Below are positions 21,155 to 31,468 of a stretch of DNA of 64,000 bases, piece by piece. The stretch lies in IMG/VR virus record IMGVR_UViG_3300037400_001617, one strand, 5' to 3'. Position 1 is the stretch's first letter. Every line of letters begins with the position of its first letter. Under the pieces are notes generated by a model. The model saw nothing but the letters and a program-made list of their open reading frames with translations, was not told the origin of the DNA and did not search any database. Made by a program: the position numbers and the translations under genes. Source of the stretch: a virus. Lineage: Duplodnaviria > Caudoviricetes.

Positions 21155-22681
21155 ATGAAGATTGTAGTACGACCTACAAGTATAGTAATAAACGATTACA
21201 CATGGGGAGACGCCCCTAAGATAGAAAACAAATTCCGTGTATGGAACAAAGCTACGAGATCAGTAACGTTTGAGCACATCGTATATGACGAGCATGCACG
21301 GAAACTCTATCTCCCTAGAGGTATAAGCGTAAGGAGTCTAGAGAACGCGCTTGACACTAAAGCCTATTACCAGACTACGTGTGATGAGTATCGTGTGAAC
21401 TCTACTCAAACGCTTTTAAAGTATGGTCCTAAGGATGACGTACAGAAAGAGAGTATCAGATTCTTATTTGGTGTCGATGAATATTCGTATACCAAGAATG
21501 CATCTCAAATGATGCTTGCTCTCAACACAGGTGCTGGAAAAACATACCTTGGCATAGCATATATGGCATTCATGAACATCAAAGGTATTGTAATAGCATC
21601 TTCTATAGACTGGTTGAAGCAGTGGAAGGATAGAATCCTAGAGCATTGCAATATAGAATCAAAGGAAGTCTATTCTATCTCTGGTTCTCCATCCATAGCT
21701 AGTCTGTATAAGAAAAAACAAACTGCCTTAGACAAGATAAAAGTCTATCTGGTAACACATTCTACCTTGTCTTCTTTAGCTAGCAGACAAGGATGGGAAG
21801 CAGTCGGAGAACTGTTTAAGTACTTGGGTATAGGAGTCAAAATCTTCGATGAGGCTCATTTGTACTTTGGTGCTATGAGTCATATAGACTACTTCAGTAA
21901 TACATACAAGACAATCTATATGACAGCAACTCCAGAACGAGGGGACGAAGGAGATAACAAGATCTTTCAGTTGTATTTCAAGAACGTTCCCACTATCAAT
22001 CTCTTCGATCCAGATAAGGATCCGAGAACACATTATATATCTATCCGTTACAACAGTAGGATGTCTCCACAAGACATCAGCAATTGTGGGAACTTCTATG
22101 GTTTCAATAGAATGAACTATGCAGCCATGATAACTAAATATCCCAACTTTCAAAAGATGTGTCATGTTGTGATGGATCTTATTGGTAAGATGAGTGGTAG
22201 GATACTTATCTTCATGGCAAGTAACGAAGCTATACAGGCAGTGTATGACTGGATACTCGAAAACTATCCAGAGTATACGTATAGTGTAGGTATATACACA
22301 TCTCTGAACAAGAATAAGAGAAGCGCACTGAATCACAAGATTATACTGACTACATCTATATCTGCAGGAGAAGCATTAGATGTATCAGATGTCTTCTGTT
22401 CAGTTCAGTTAGCTGAACCTATGAAGAGTAGACCAAAGTGTAGGCAAAGACTTGGAAGAACTCGTATAAGGGGAAGCTACTTTATAGATGTCATAGATGA
22501 CTCGGTACATACAATAAGAAAGTACTATGAGACGAATCTTATAATGTATGAAGAGTACGCTATGGATATCAAGACAATAAAGTTCAATGATAAGCAGCTT
22601 GACAAAGTGTCTAGTGCTATCATTGAAGAAAGGACAAAAGGCATAAATCCGTTCATCATGGGATACAACAGCCTTGGGTAA
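21155..22681 (+). CDS. superfamily 2 DExH helicase (UvsW-like)
   Basis: NTGAGKT (Walker A), IFDEAH, TATP, QRLGRTR. Confidence 0.85.
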   Translation: MKIVVRPTSIVINDYTWGDAPKIENKFRVWNKATRSVTFEHIVYDEHARKLYLPRGISVRSLENALDTKAYYQTTCDEYRVNSTQTLLKYGPKDDVQKESIRFLFGVDEYSYTKNASQMMLALNTGAGKTYLGIAYMAFMNIKGIVIASSIDWLKQWKDRILEHCNIESKEVYSISGSPSIASLYKKKQTALDKIKVYLVTHSTLSSLASRQGWEAVGELFKYLGIGVKIFDEAHLYFGAMSHIDYFSNTYKTIYMTATPERGDEGDNKIFQLYFKNVPTINLFDPDKDPRTHYISIRYNSRMSPQDISNCGNFYGFNRMNYAAMITKYPNFQKMCHVVMDLIGKMSGRILIFMASNEAIQAVYDWILENYPEYTYSVGIYTSLNKNKRSALNHKIILTTSISAGEALDVSDVFCSVQLAEPMKSRPKCRQRLGRTRIRGSYFIDVIDDSVHTIRKYYETNLIMYEEYAMDIKTIKFNDKQLDKVSSAIIEERTKGINPFIMGYNSLG

Positions 22682-22791
22682 TCCCAAGGCTGAATTCTAT
22701 CGTTCAAACGAGAAGATGGATGTATATTATATGTGTGTAAGAGAGCAGTGATCACGGCTCTCAAATAAAATAATTTTAAGGAGGATCAGTT

Positions 22792-23604
22792 ATGATCTAT
22801 TACAATTCAACAGCAAACACCATTGACCAGACAAGGGTTGTCCAGAACATCGCAAACAAGGTGTTCAATGCCTTGTCAAACGCAGGCATCCAGGGTTACG
22901 ACCTGAGATGTACAAAGATCGACATTCCGACAATGAGTATCTCGTTCGAGATAACTCATATCGGATATCCCGTAGAGATACTGTTCTACAACGGAACAGT
23001 ATTCAAGAGAGATTCTCTTTTTACTGTGGACTACAAGTCTGTGATCGAAATGATCAAGGACGGCAGCCTGACACCGCAGCAGAAGGAAGACGCTGTGGAC
23101 AAGCAGATAGAATCACTCAACACAAGTACAGCGGAGATGATCTACGACCAAATCAAGACTCATCAGGTTCTGAAGAGTTTTGAAAAGCTCGTTCATGACA
23201 AATACGTTGTACCAAGGAACTTCCCTAGTCCTGAAAAGATGTGGGAAGAGTTCAAAGCATACTATGAGGCGGTAAAGTCAATACCGTCACCGATACAATT
23301 CCCTTGTACAATCGATGATTGGTGGGAAAAGCTCGAAGAAACAATCAAGAAGAACACTGCTTTCTGGAAGTATAAGATAACTAGAGATGCATCATACAGG
23401 GTAAACTACGGTCTTGACGTCAACAAGAGCTCTTTCGATCCAAACTATTTTACAGTATATCATAATATGTATGATGCGTGTAGCGATGAGAGTTATGACG
23501 ATGAGGAATTAGGAAGAAGGTTAAGAGAGATGTCGACGAGATTAATAAATGAGCTTAACGGCACTCCTGCAATCGTACAGAGCAGCATCCCGACAGCAGT
23601 TTAA
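22792..23604 (+). CDS. hypothetical protein (early-type cluster)
   Basis: 270 aa, AGGAGG RBS, early-type motif at 22721, terminator hairpin at ~23616-23640. Confidence 0.6.
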   Translation: MIYYNSTANTIDQTRVVQNIANKVFNALSNAGIQGYDLRCTKIDIPTMSISFEITHIGYPVEILFYNGTVFKRDSLFTVDYKSVIEMIKDGSLTPQQKEDAVDKQIESLNTSTAEMIYDQIKTHQVLKSFEKLVHDKYVVPRNFPSPEKMWEEFKAYYEAVKSIPSPIQFPCTIDDWWEKLEETIKKNTAFWKYKITRDASYRVNYGLDVNKSSFDPNYFTVYHNMYDACSDESYDDEELGRRLREMSTRLINELNGTPAIVQSSIPTAV

Positions 23605-23661
23605 AATCAATGAAGAGAAAGGTGGCTAGTCCACCTTTCTTTTTAGAAAGGAACGATACTT

Positions 23662-24507
23662 ATGCAAAGAACCATATTAGACTTCACAAAAATAGGCTTC
23701 AGTCATGGCCTAAGATATAACGAAATCGATGATATGAACGAGGTAATCTCTGAGATAAAGAAATGTATCTTAGACAACCTCCTTCCCGCAATCGATTTAA
23801 ATGCTAAAACAAGATACATCTGGCACGCAAATTACAACCCAGTAGATCTTGACGAAATAGACACAACCCTCAAGATCGAAGTGGTAGAAATCGACGGTAA
23901 AGAACACATAGATATCACAATATGGTATCCAGGCATCTACTATGATTGCGGGGATATCGATAATGATATCGAAGCTTATGAGGAAATCCAGGAAGTGCAT
24001 AAGATGATATATGCTATGTTCCTGGAGATAAATGCTGAAATGAATGAGATGATCGCTCAGAAAGGGAATAACATGAAGATAGTTGATAACAGGAAAGATT
24101 TCGTAGACTACATTCTAAATGAATGCCACAAGTATGCTGAAGACGAGTTAGGTTTCATATTCTTTAGAGACCTTTTTATTAGGGACATGAGTAGAAAGGA
24201 CTTCATTGAAGCTTACGACGAGATCCTTCAGAAAACAAACGGAGATCATCTTGTAAGAGTAACTCCGACTCCACAAGTTCTCGAAACTAGAGAGAACTTA
24301 ACTTTGTGCAAGGATAACGACATCAGATACACAGGTTATGCTGATCTCATCCTCTTCCACATCAATTCAGAGGCAAGAAACGCTGGAAACGGCCACGATT
24401 ACTATATCAGAGTCACTCCAGAAGGTGAATATCTTGACTTCGTTGTTGGTGGAGGAAAAGCTGGTACTCCCTATGATCCATTCGTAGGTATAGTAATCGA
24501 TAAGTAA
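23662..24507 (+). CDS. hypothetical protein
   Basis: 281-aa ORF with AAAGGA RBS. Confidence 0.55.
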   Translation: MQRTILDFTKIGFSHGLRYNEIDDMNEVISEIKKCILDNLLPAIDLNAKTRYIWHANYNPVDLDEIDTTLKIEVVEIDGKEHIDITIWYPGIYYDCGDIDNDIEAYEEIQEVHKMIYAMFLEINAEMNEMIAQKGNNMKIVDNRKDFVDYILNECHKYAEDELGFIFFRDLFIRDMSRKDFIEAYDEILQKTNGDHLVRVTPTPQVLETRENLTLCKDNDIRYTGYADLILFHINSEARNAGNGHDYYIRVTPEGEYLDFVVGGGKAGTPYDPFVGIVIDK

Positions 24508-24519
24508 AGGAGAATAACG

Positions 24520-24837
24520 ATGTTGATACTTGAACCAATATTCAAAGATGTCGACTATGTTGACATCTTTATAGATGGAGAGAAAGCCGCAAGAAGCAAC
24601 TATCTTCTATATCCAACAGTCTTCCGTATAATAATAGACGGAAGTACTCTTTGGAATCACTATGTTGATAAGGTCAGTCTTGATGACCGTATCATAAAAG
24701 CAATAGCCGTAAAGGACAACACCGAAGAGGTGTTGTTCGAAAGAAAGCTCTCATACGAAACTCTGCAGTGGTTAGCAGAGAAGAGAGCAAGTGAAAAGCT
24801 GTTCCACAACACAAGATATGGAATGGCATCAATGTAA
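24520..24837 (+). CDS. hypothetical protein
   Basis: 105-aa ORF, AAGGAG RBS, tightly packed. Confidence 0.55.
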   Translation: MLILEPIFKDVDYVDIFIDGEKAARSNYLLYPTVFRIIIDGSTLWNHYVDKVSLDDRIIKAIAVKDNTEEVLFERKLSYETLQWLAEKRASEKLFHNTRYGMASM

Positions 24838-24849
24838 GGAGGAACCTAT

Positions 24850-25719
24850 ATGAATTCAATTTTCGACAGAGACAATCTTGGAACAACTAAGAACTGGAAG
24901 TTCTTAAGAGATGATCTTATCAGCATCTTCGCAGCAGATGACGACAGATTCAACAAAGAGTACAAAAACGGCGAGATCGAGCAGGTATTTGATCAGATGG
25001 CTGAAGAATATCTCGATGGTTATACAGTATCTGGCTTCTGTATTGATTCAAACGACGACGTTATCGACGTGGTAGAGTTGATTATTGCACTCGCAGGAGT
25101 ATCAATTTTTAACGTACATCCATTCGGATGGGATTTAAGAATAGGGTACGATGATGAAGGAAACCCTCGTACTATACTGAAACCCGACAATACTCCTGGT
25201 GGAGGCTGCGTGCCAGATGTCTTTGTAATAGACTTCAGTAACGCTGCAGAAAACTTTAACGAAGAGTTCAGAAGAACTCTTGATGGCTACATGACATTGT
25301 TTGGATATGGTCATATGGATACTGTATACGGAGAGAGACTAGTGTACATATCTAAGCTTTCTTACGCTAGAAAAACCAAGAGTACTGCAGATATAATCGA
25401 CAGTGTAAACAATAAGTTTTACACCTTGAAGTTCGACCAATACGATTTCCATCTTCTTGTTGATAAGCGTATTCATATCACGTCTGTACTGGCATCAGTA
25501 TTACTGACGGAAATAGCAATAGCACACACATGCAGAAAAGAAACATTTAGGATAAAGTCATCAGGTAATGATGTGATGATAAGCAAGATGTGTGATATAG
25601 CTAATGCGGTTACAGGTAATGCTCCGCATATTCCTGGAGCTTCGAAAGTTACAGTGTTATGCAATCGTGCTTCGGAACCAGAATACACTGAATTTCAGAT
25701 CACAAGTGTAATCGACTAA
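24850..25719 (+). CDS. hypothetical protein
   Basis: 289-aa ORF, AGGAGG RBS, followed by a hairpin and T-tract (~25736-25768). Confidence 0.55.
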   Translation: MNSIFDRDNLGTTKNWKFLRDDLISIFAADDDRFNKEYKNGEIEQVFDQMAEEYLDGYTVSGFCIDSNDDVIDVVELIIALAGVSIFNVHPFGWDLRIGYDDEGNPRTILKPDNTPGGGCVPDVFVIDFSNAAENFNEEFRRTLDGYMTLFGYGHMDTVYGERLVYISKLSYARKTKSTADIIDSVNNKFYTLKFDQYDFHLLVDKRIHITSVLASVLLTEIAIAHTCRKETFRIKSSGNDVMISKMCDIANAVTGNAPHIPGASKVTVLCNRASEPEYTEFQITSVID

Positions 25720-25805
25720 GCTTACTGAACCATAAAAAAGGGAGTCCTCGTGACTCCCTTTCTTTTTACTACCCTTCATACATTATAATACAGGGGGTGT
25801 ATGAT

Positions 25806-26513
25806 ATGACTAACAACAACCAGATATACAGAATGGTCGATACTATCTTCGAATCTGGTCCAATCAAACTTAACTTCAACATTAACCTTATCTGGACTCT
25901 ACCAGAAACAGAGATGTATGAGGAACGCACATATCATTACTGGGGAGAGTATAGGATTAAGACTAGACCCAGTAACGCTAATGTTCTTGTGAAGAGAAAG
26001 CTTGACTACTTCATGACATTAGAACTTAAGAACTATAGAGCGAATATGGATGACTCCATATTCATTCCTAATGACATTCAGTATAAGTTCATAACTTCTA
26101 TCCGAGTAGCATCGGAGAAGTTGTTTGGCTTAGGACAGAACATATTCGTCATGGAGAACGACCACATGAGAATAAACAATAATCTTCCAGTAGTCGTAGA
26201 TAACTATCCCAGGAACAAGATCTTTAAGGTAGTTCCTACAATCATAAATGGTAGCAACTATCAACAACCTGGTGCTACATTGATAGTCGGTAATGTAGAT
26301 TGTATGGCAGATATAACCGACTCGGAGTTTATATACTTAGCCAACATGCTGAGTACATTCAATGGTATCATGTATGCAAACTCTATGCTCGCATCATTAG
26401 GTCCATTAGAAGGACCCGTATCAGCTCCAATGGATAGAGTAATGGAGTTCAAACACCAAAACACAATACGGAAAGGTAGAACCTTTGCAGGAAAGAAGGA
26501 AGGGATAATATGA
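25806..26513 (+). CDS. hypothetical protein
   Basis: ~235-aa ORF, GGGGGTG RBS. Confidence 0.55.
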   Translation: MTNNNQIYRMVDTIFESGPIKLNFNINLIWTLPETEMYEERTYHYWGEYRIKTRPSNANVLVKRKLDYFMTLELKNYRANMDDSIFIPNDIQYKFITSIRVASEKLFGLGQNIFVMENDHMRINNNLPVVVDNYPRNKIFKVVPTIINGSNYQQPGATLIVGNVDCMADITDSEFIYLANMLSTFNGIMYANSMLASLGPLEGPVSAPMDRVMEFKHQNTIRKGRTFAGKKEGII

Positions 26514-27004
26514 GCGACAACATACGCATATACACATACAAACAAAAGGAAGCATACTATGCTTACCTTAATAAGCGAAGCGAGATAATAGCAGTAGAGC
26601 AAGAGTCGGTCAATCTTCTTAATCGATATTATGAGCTTCTCAGACTACCGATGAAGATATACATGTCTGCAATCAATAAGGATCTTGTAGACAACCAGAT
26701 ACTTGACCTTAAGATCCCCAAGTCTATGTCACCATTACTTGGTAGAACAATCAATGCAGACGCTACTGTATGCTATGACATCAAGTTTGTTACGCCTATC
26801 AGAAGTGCGATAGAAGACATTCGTCATTATCTTGGTAGTGATATAGACGATTGTATTCGTGTGAAGAGAGTGAAGAGTGGAAGACGAATGTTCGTTCTTC
26901 AGCTTAAGAACGTTGATGATCAGGCGGTAATCGATGATGTCTTCGATGCATTATACTACGCTTCCAGTCAGGCGATAACTCACAGGATGAACAATAGAGG
27001 GTAG
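26510..27004 (+). CDS. hypothetical protein
   Basis: 164 aa, ATGA overlap with the upstream gene. Confidence 0.55.
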   Translation: MSDNIRIYTYKQKEAYYAYLNKRSEIIAVEQESVNLLNRYYELLRLPMKIYMSAINKDLVDNQILDLKIPKSMSPLLGRTINADATVCYDIKFVTPIRSAIEDIRHYLGSDIDDCIRVKRVKSGRRMFVLQLKNVDDQAVIDDVFDALYYASSQAITHRMNNRG

Positions 27005-27019
27005 GCATTGCCTACCCTC
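26997..27019. terminator. bidirectional terminator-like hairpin between convergent genes
   Basis: Identical to 18853-18875, followed by CTGTTTATTTTT. Confidence 0.7.
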
Positions 27020-27030
27020 CCTGTTTATTT

Positions 27031-28239
27031 TTAATAACGATTCTCAACTATCTCGGGATACTGAACAGTGATTACACTACCACTGTAGTCGTATCTGTAC
27101 TTAGTGTTAGCAGCCATCTCTGCTCTGAGAGAACAGTACTTATCATGCAGTGCGAACCAGCGATCTCTCTCATACTCATCGAATCTCTCCTTGTTAAGAG
27201 CATCTTCGATAGCAGTGATTCTGAGATTGACCTGACGCATGAGATAGAGCGCATCCTCTTCAGTAGCGACGTGACGAGATCTGAGTGTATACTCGTAGAC
27301 ATCGCTCTCGAAGTCTCTGAGTTTGTTATTGGTAACCATCTTCCTCAGGATAGCAAACTTAGTATCCTTCTTCTTAAGAGAAGCTCCCTCCTGTACAAGT
27401 ACATAGTAGAAGTCACAATCCTTGAAGGGTTTAGCAGCTTCCTTGATAGCGGAAGTATCTATACTCTTCAGAGCATTAGTAACAATCTCATATTCTTTTT
27501 TGTCGAGCTTGGATGAGGTGATTGAAGATGCCCGTCTGAGTAACTTGAGAGCAGGTATTCTTCTCAATTCCACGTTCTTATAGAGATTCAGTGTCCACGT
27601 TAAGGCAGCGAGCTTATTGACGTCATCGTTGACTTTCATGCCGTTCTTACACAGTTTTCTGAAGACATTGTTAAGTTCATCTTGGAATCCACACATCATA
27701 ACGAACTCATCGGCAAGAACCTCACCATCTCTGTAGATAAAGAACATACTGTTCATCTTTCTTACAGTATTCTTGATACCATATGCAAGAATCTGATAGT
27801 ACTGTACAGTATCAACGATAGAGAGTGTAGTGTTCTCCTTAGCGAGAGTAACGTTGATAGCATCTCTTACCTGTTCAACAGGGTTAGGATCATTGATGAT
27901 ATGTCCAACTTCGTGAAGCAGCATAGCGAGCAGCTCACTGGGAGTGATATCGATGATAGGATTGAAGATCTTGGAGTCAATCTCTATGACATAGTTCTTG
28001 AAACGATACTTACCGTCATCCTGAACAATCATCTGTACATCAAGCTTGCTGACTACAGGATAAACACACATACCGAAGAACAGACCATCGTTTCTTGTGT
28101 AGATAATATCTGTACACTTTGAATCTTTGAAGAACTTGTTAAGTTCCTTTCTGAGATTCTGATATGAAGAAGCTCTCTCTGGGTTGGAGATCACAAGCTC
28201 ACAAGCCTCGAGGAGATTACTAAAATCATACTTAATCAT
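27031..28239 (-). CDS. HExxH zinc-metallopeptidase-like protein, probably virion-associated
   Basis: LLAMLLHEVGH plus a downstream EVLADEF; lies directly after the capsid gene. Confidence 0.55.
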   Translation of the reverse strand: MIKYDFSNLLEACELVISNPERASSYQNLRKELNKFFKDSKCTDIIYTRNDGLFFGMCVYPVVSKLDVQMIVQDDGKYRFKNYVIEIDSKIFNPIIDITPSELLAMLLHEVGHIINDPNPVEQVRDAINVTLAKENTTLSIVDTVQYYQILAYGIKNTVRKMNSMFFIYRDGEVLADEFVMMCGFQDELNNVFRKLCKNGMKVNDDVNKLAALTWTLNLYKNVELRRIPALKLLRRASSITSSKLDKKEYEIVTNALKSIDTSAIKEAAKPFKDCDFYYVLVQEGASLKKKDTKFAILRKMVTNNKLRDFESDVYEYTLRSRHVATEEDALYLMRQVNLRITAIEDALNKERFDEYERDRWFALHDKYCSLRAEMAANTKYRYDYSGSVITVQYPEIVENRY

Positions 28240-28328
28240 TATCTCTTACTCCTTTCTAAAGATTGTAAAAGAAGGGCCTGGCACCCTTAGGCACCAGGCT
28301 CTTTGTTCTTTCGATCTTGGCCGTACTA

Positions 28329-30326
28329 TTAGCGAGCGTCGATATCGAAGTCGTTCTTACCAACGCTAGCAACGCCCTGACCGTCACCACGTCCAACAGG
28401 ATCATTGTTGAATGCGTAGTTCTGACCATAGTTGCGGAGGCCAGTAGGATTGAGTATGCCGATACGTCCCTGTACAGGCTGATACTTCTCGAACTTCCAA
28501 CGCTCGAATGCATGTACTGCAGGGAGTGCAGGATTTTTGAAGTTCTTGATCTCGTTGCTCAGATACATCTGGTAATCGTAGATTCTGTAGATGAAACGAT
28601 CTGTGTTTCTTGGGCAGAGAAGTACGATCAGGTTGTTTGTATCACGGAGCTTATCAGAGCTGATGAACTGGTATGTTCTTCTGTCTGATGTAACAACAGT
28701 CTTTACAAAGTCGAGCTCAACAGGGCCGATGTTTGTAGGTGTCTGATATGTGTACTCGGTAGGTGTGATCTTTCTGATGAGATCATCACGGCCGATTACG
28801 TTGATTGTCATGTTAGGATCATTGAGAACATGGAGCAGCTGAGTTACATGTGTATCCATAGCGTCCATGAACAACTTGTAACGCCACTCGAGAGGATCGA
28901 GAGCGTAGCTGGTTGTAGGAGCGAAGTCGAAGTAACGACCGATCTTCTGTGATTTCGGAAGTTTAACGAAGTCTTCGTCGAGTGCTCTACGAATAAGATC
29001 ATCCTTGTAGTTGTTGAGGGATGTCTTGATAAGTGAGAGAACCTTTGTCAGCTGGTTGATCTGATACAGAGCAGAGATGTCCTTAACCTCTTCAGGAGAG
29101 ATTGTAACGTTGATCGGGATAGCGTTAGGAATCTCGATGATGTCTGTACGAACATCCCAAGATACTGAAGCAGTTCTGAGCTTAGCAGAAGATGTATCGA
29201 TTCTTGAAGTAAGAACGATACCGCCTGCAGCAGCATTTGAAGATGAGAGACCGAAACGGTCATCCTTAGAATAACCTGAGAGGAAGCCCTTTGTTCTTGC
29301 CTCAGCAGGAATGCTGTCTTCTGATGTACAGTTGTCGTACTGAACGCCGTTAGCTGTAAGCTTCCATGTGTCAGGAAGTGTACCTGCAGCAACTGCTGTA
29401 ACCATAGGAACTGAGAAGCTCTCTACGATCTGTCTGTCATACTCGCCGTATGCAGGAGTGAACTTACCCTCGAACGGGAAGATAGCGCCGACTACTGTAT
29501 CGCCAACGATAGGTGTAGAACCGCCAGGTGTAACACCAGCAGCGATAACCTCAGCATTAGCTGTGTCGTTTGTATAGTTTTCGATCTGATATGTTGTAAC
29601 GCCGCCGCTTGTTGTACTTGTAACGATCTGGAGTGACTGACCAGGGAATACAACACGGCTGCCAACGATGCCGCTTACGAATGACTCGATTGAAAGATGA
29701 TCCTCAGGATCTGTAGCGCCGAACAGTGTAGCAAGTACGTCTGTTGAGCCGTCTTCAGGAAGAGCCATGTACATGCTCTTGAGAGGAGCAGCCTTGAGGA
29801 TAGCATCAGTCATCTTCCACTGATCCTTCCACATATCGATCTTCTCACCTGTTACAGGATCGATGAGCCATCTGGTCTCCATAGAAACTGTGAACTTAGG
29901 TGAAGTAGCAACGAACTTCGGGATTGCGCCCTTGTCGAAGATATTGTTCAGCATGATATTCTTATGGATAGGGAATGTCATACCGATTACGGGGTTGTGC
30001 TGACCAGGTGCTGAATGCTCAAGGATAGCTTCCTTATCATTGATGTACATCTCCTCCATCATCTGAATCTGGTCTTCCTGAGCTTCTGCATCGTCGCGGA
30101 ACATAGGATCATTTCTGTCGAAGCAGTTCTCGACAAAGAAGTCCTTGATTGTGCTGTCTGTGATAGGGTTCATATGAACCTTTGTTGTCTCGTCATAGAT
30201 TGAGAGATTATTTTCATGAAGTATTGAGCTGGTAACGTCAAGATATGCTTTGGCAAGAGGTGCTAAAGCATCCTTAGAATAGTTAGAACCAGCTGTTCTA
30301 ACTTCTCTTGTACCTGAAATAGGCAT
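28329..30326 (-). CDS. major capsid protein precursor
   Basis: 665 aa with highly biased codons, a late promoter, a structured leader and a strong RBS. Size, position and overall sequence character fit jumbo-phage (AR9/PBS1-type) head proteins. Confidence 0.7.
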   Translation of the reverse strand: MPISGTREVRTAGSNYSKDALAPLAKAYLDVTSSILHENNLSIYDETTKVHMNPITDSTIKDFFVENCFDRNDPMFRDDAEAQEDQIQMMEEMYINDKEAILEHSAPGQHNPVIGMTFPIHKNIMLNNIFDKGAIPKFVATSPKFTVSMETRWLIDPVTGEKIDMWKDQWKMTDAILKAAPLKSMYMALPEDGSTDVLATLFGATDPEDHLSIESFVSGIVGSRVVFPGQSLQIVTSTTSGGVTTYQIENYTNDTANAEVIAAGVTPGGSTPIVGDTVVGAIFPFEGKFTPAYGEYDRQIVESFSVPMVTAVAAGTLPDTWKLTANGVQYDNCTSEDSIPAEARTKGFLSGYSKDDRFGLSSSNAAAGGIVLTSRIDTSSAKLRTASVSWDVRTDIIEIPNAIPINVTISPEEVKDISALYQINQLTKVLSLIKTSLNNYKDDLIRRALDEDFVKLPKSQKIGRYFDFAPTTSYALDPLEWRYKLFMDAMDTHVTQLLHVLNDPNMTINVIGRDDLIRKITPTEYTYQTPTNIGPVELDFVKTVVTSDRRTYQFISSDKLRDTNNLIVLLCPRNTDRFIYRIYDYQMYLSNEIKNFKNPALPAVHAFERWKFEKYQPVQGRIGILNPTGLRNYGQNYAFNNDPVGRGDGQGVASVGKNDFDIDAR

Positions 30327-30414
30327 ACTATTTTCCTCCTTTTTTGATTTATGATAGTAAGAGTTACCTTGGAAAACTAATAGCCGCTGACCGCCTTACG
30401 GATAGAGGCTATAT

Positions 30415-30427
30415 TTAATATATTGTT
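30415..30427 (-). promoter_or_regulatory. late-type phage promoter AAC[ACT]-N6-TAA (example upstream of the capsid gene; 16 copies found)
   Basis: Minus strand: 398-410, 2552-2564, 16005-16017, 30415-30427, 34133-34145, 38879-38891, 40243-40255, 43349-43361, 52818-52830, 53593-53605, 58361-58373. Plus strand: 16062-16074, 18334-18346, 43373-43385, 43548-43560, 46348-46360. Confidence 0.8.
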
Positions 30428-30459
30428 GTGTCCGAACGAACGATTCGGGCATCTTTGAC

Positions 30460-31455
30460 TTATAAGAAGGTATTGAATCTTCCAGAATCGGCTGATTCTA
30501 CCATCTTATCACCATATGCGACTACACTATCGCCAGGATTTACATCAGAATCATCAAAGTCACCGACTACGACTCCGTCTTGATCTTCCTGTTCTTCCTC
30601 TGTAGGATTATCCTCAGCCAGTTGAGCAGATGCTATGATGTCTGATATACTGTCGAGAGTAGACAGACAGATCTGATAGTTGATAGAGTTCTCGATATAA
30701 GTCTTAGTGTCGAATGATTTCTGTACAGTGAAGTCTACAAGATCCTTAAGCTCCATTAACTTGTCGGTAACAAAGTGAAGGATATCAACATTTGTATCTG
30801 TCTTAGGAATATCATTGATTCTGAGAATAACAGAAGAGATTGTTCCATAGATATCTATGAAGCGTTGTTTAAGTTCCTTGTTCTTGATGTCGATTTGTTC
30901 TGGTGAGAGGTTGGAAAAGAGTTCAGCCTCTATCTTTCTGAGGTCTTCGTAGGTATTGTCTTCTCCTTCTTCTCCCTCAGTATCTTCGGAGCCTTCTCCT
31001 TCTTCGCCAGTATCGTTATCATCCCCAGATTCGCCATCGCCACCATCATCAGCACCATCGGTGTAGTCGACGTCTCCATCATCGGATCCCTCAGAATCAG
31101 CATCAGGCTCATCCCCAGTATCATTAGATTCGTCATCAGCAGCACCGTCAGCCCCATCAGTGTAGTCAACGTCATCACCTTCTGGATTATCTTGGTCGTC
31201 CTGTCCTTCTTCACCTGTTTCGTCGTCATTAGACTCATCATCTCCTGCTTCATCAGCACCGTCGGTGTAGTCGACATCGTCGTCTCCACCAGCATCATTA
31301 TCTGTTGCTGGGTCGTTAGACTCATCATCCGCTGCAGTATCTGCACCAGCTGTATAGTCTTCATCGTCCTGATTAGGTTGCTGATTATTATTGGTGGTAC
31401 CGTCATCTACTTCCGCTTCATTTAACGGATGTCTATATGAACTAAATATGCCCAT
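30460..31455 (-). CDS. acidic repeat-containing head/scaffold-like protein
   Basis: 331 aa, D/E-rich N-half with four DYT[AD]GAD repeats; lies just upstream of the capsid gene. Confidence 0.55.
   Translation of the reverse strand: MGIFSSYRHPLNEAEVDDGTTNNNQQPNQDDEDYTAGADTAADDESNDPATDNDAGGDDDVDYTDGADEAGDDESNDDETGEEGQDDQDNPEGDDVDYTDGADGAADDESNDTGDEPDADSEGSDDGDVDYTDGADDGGDGESGDDNDTGEEGEGSEDTEGEEGEDNTYEDLRKIEAELFSNLSPEQIDIKNKELKQRFIDIYGTISSVILRINDIPKTDTNVDILHFVTDKLMELKDLVDFTVQKSFDTKTYIENSINYQICLSTLDSISDIIASAQLAEDNPTEEEQEDQDGVVVGDFDDSDVNPGDSVVAYGDKMVESADSGRFNTFL
31010..31370 (-). repeat. four imperfect coding repeats D-x-DYT-[AD]-GAD-xxx-D-x-ES-x-D
   Basis: DEDYTAGADTAADDESND, DDVDYTDGADEAGDDESND, DDVDYTDGADGAADDESND, GDVDYTDGADDGGDGESGD. 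Coordinates approximate. Confidence 0.8.
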
Positions 31456-31468
31456 ACTATAACCTCCC

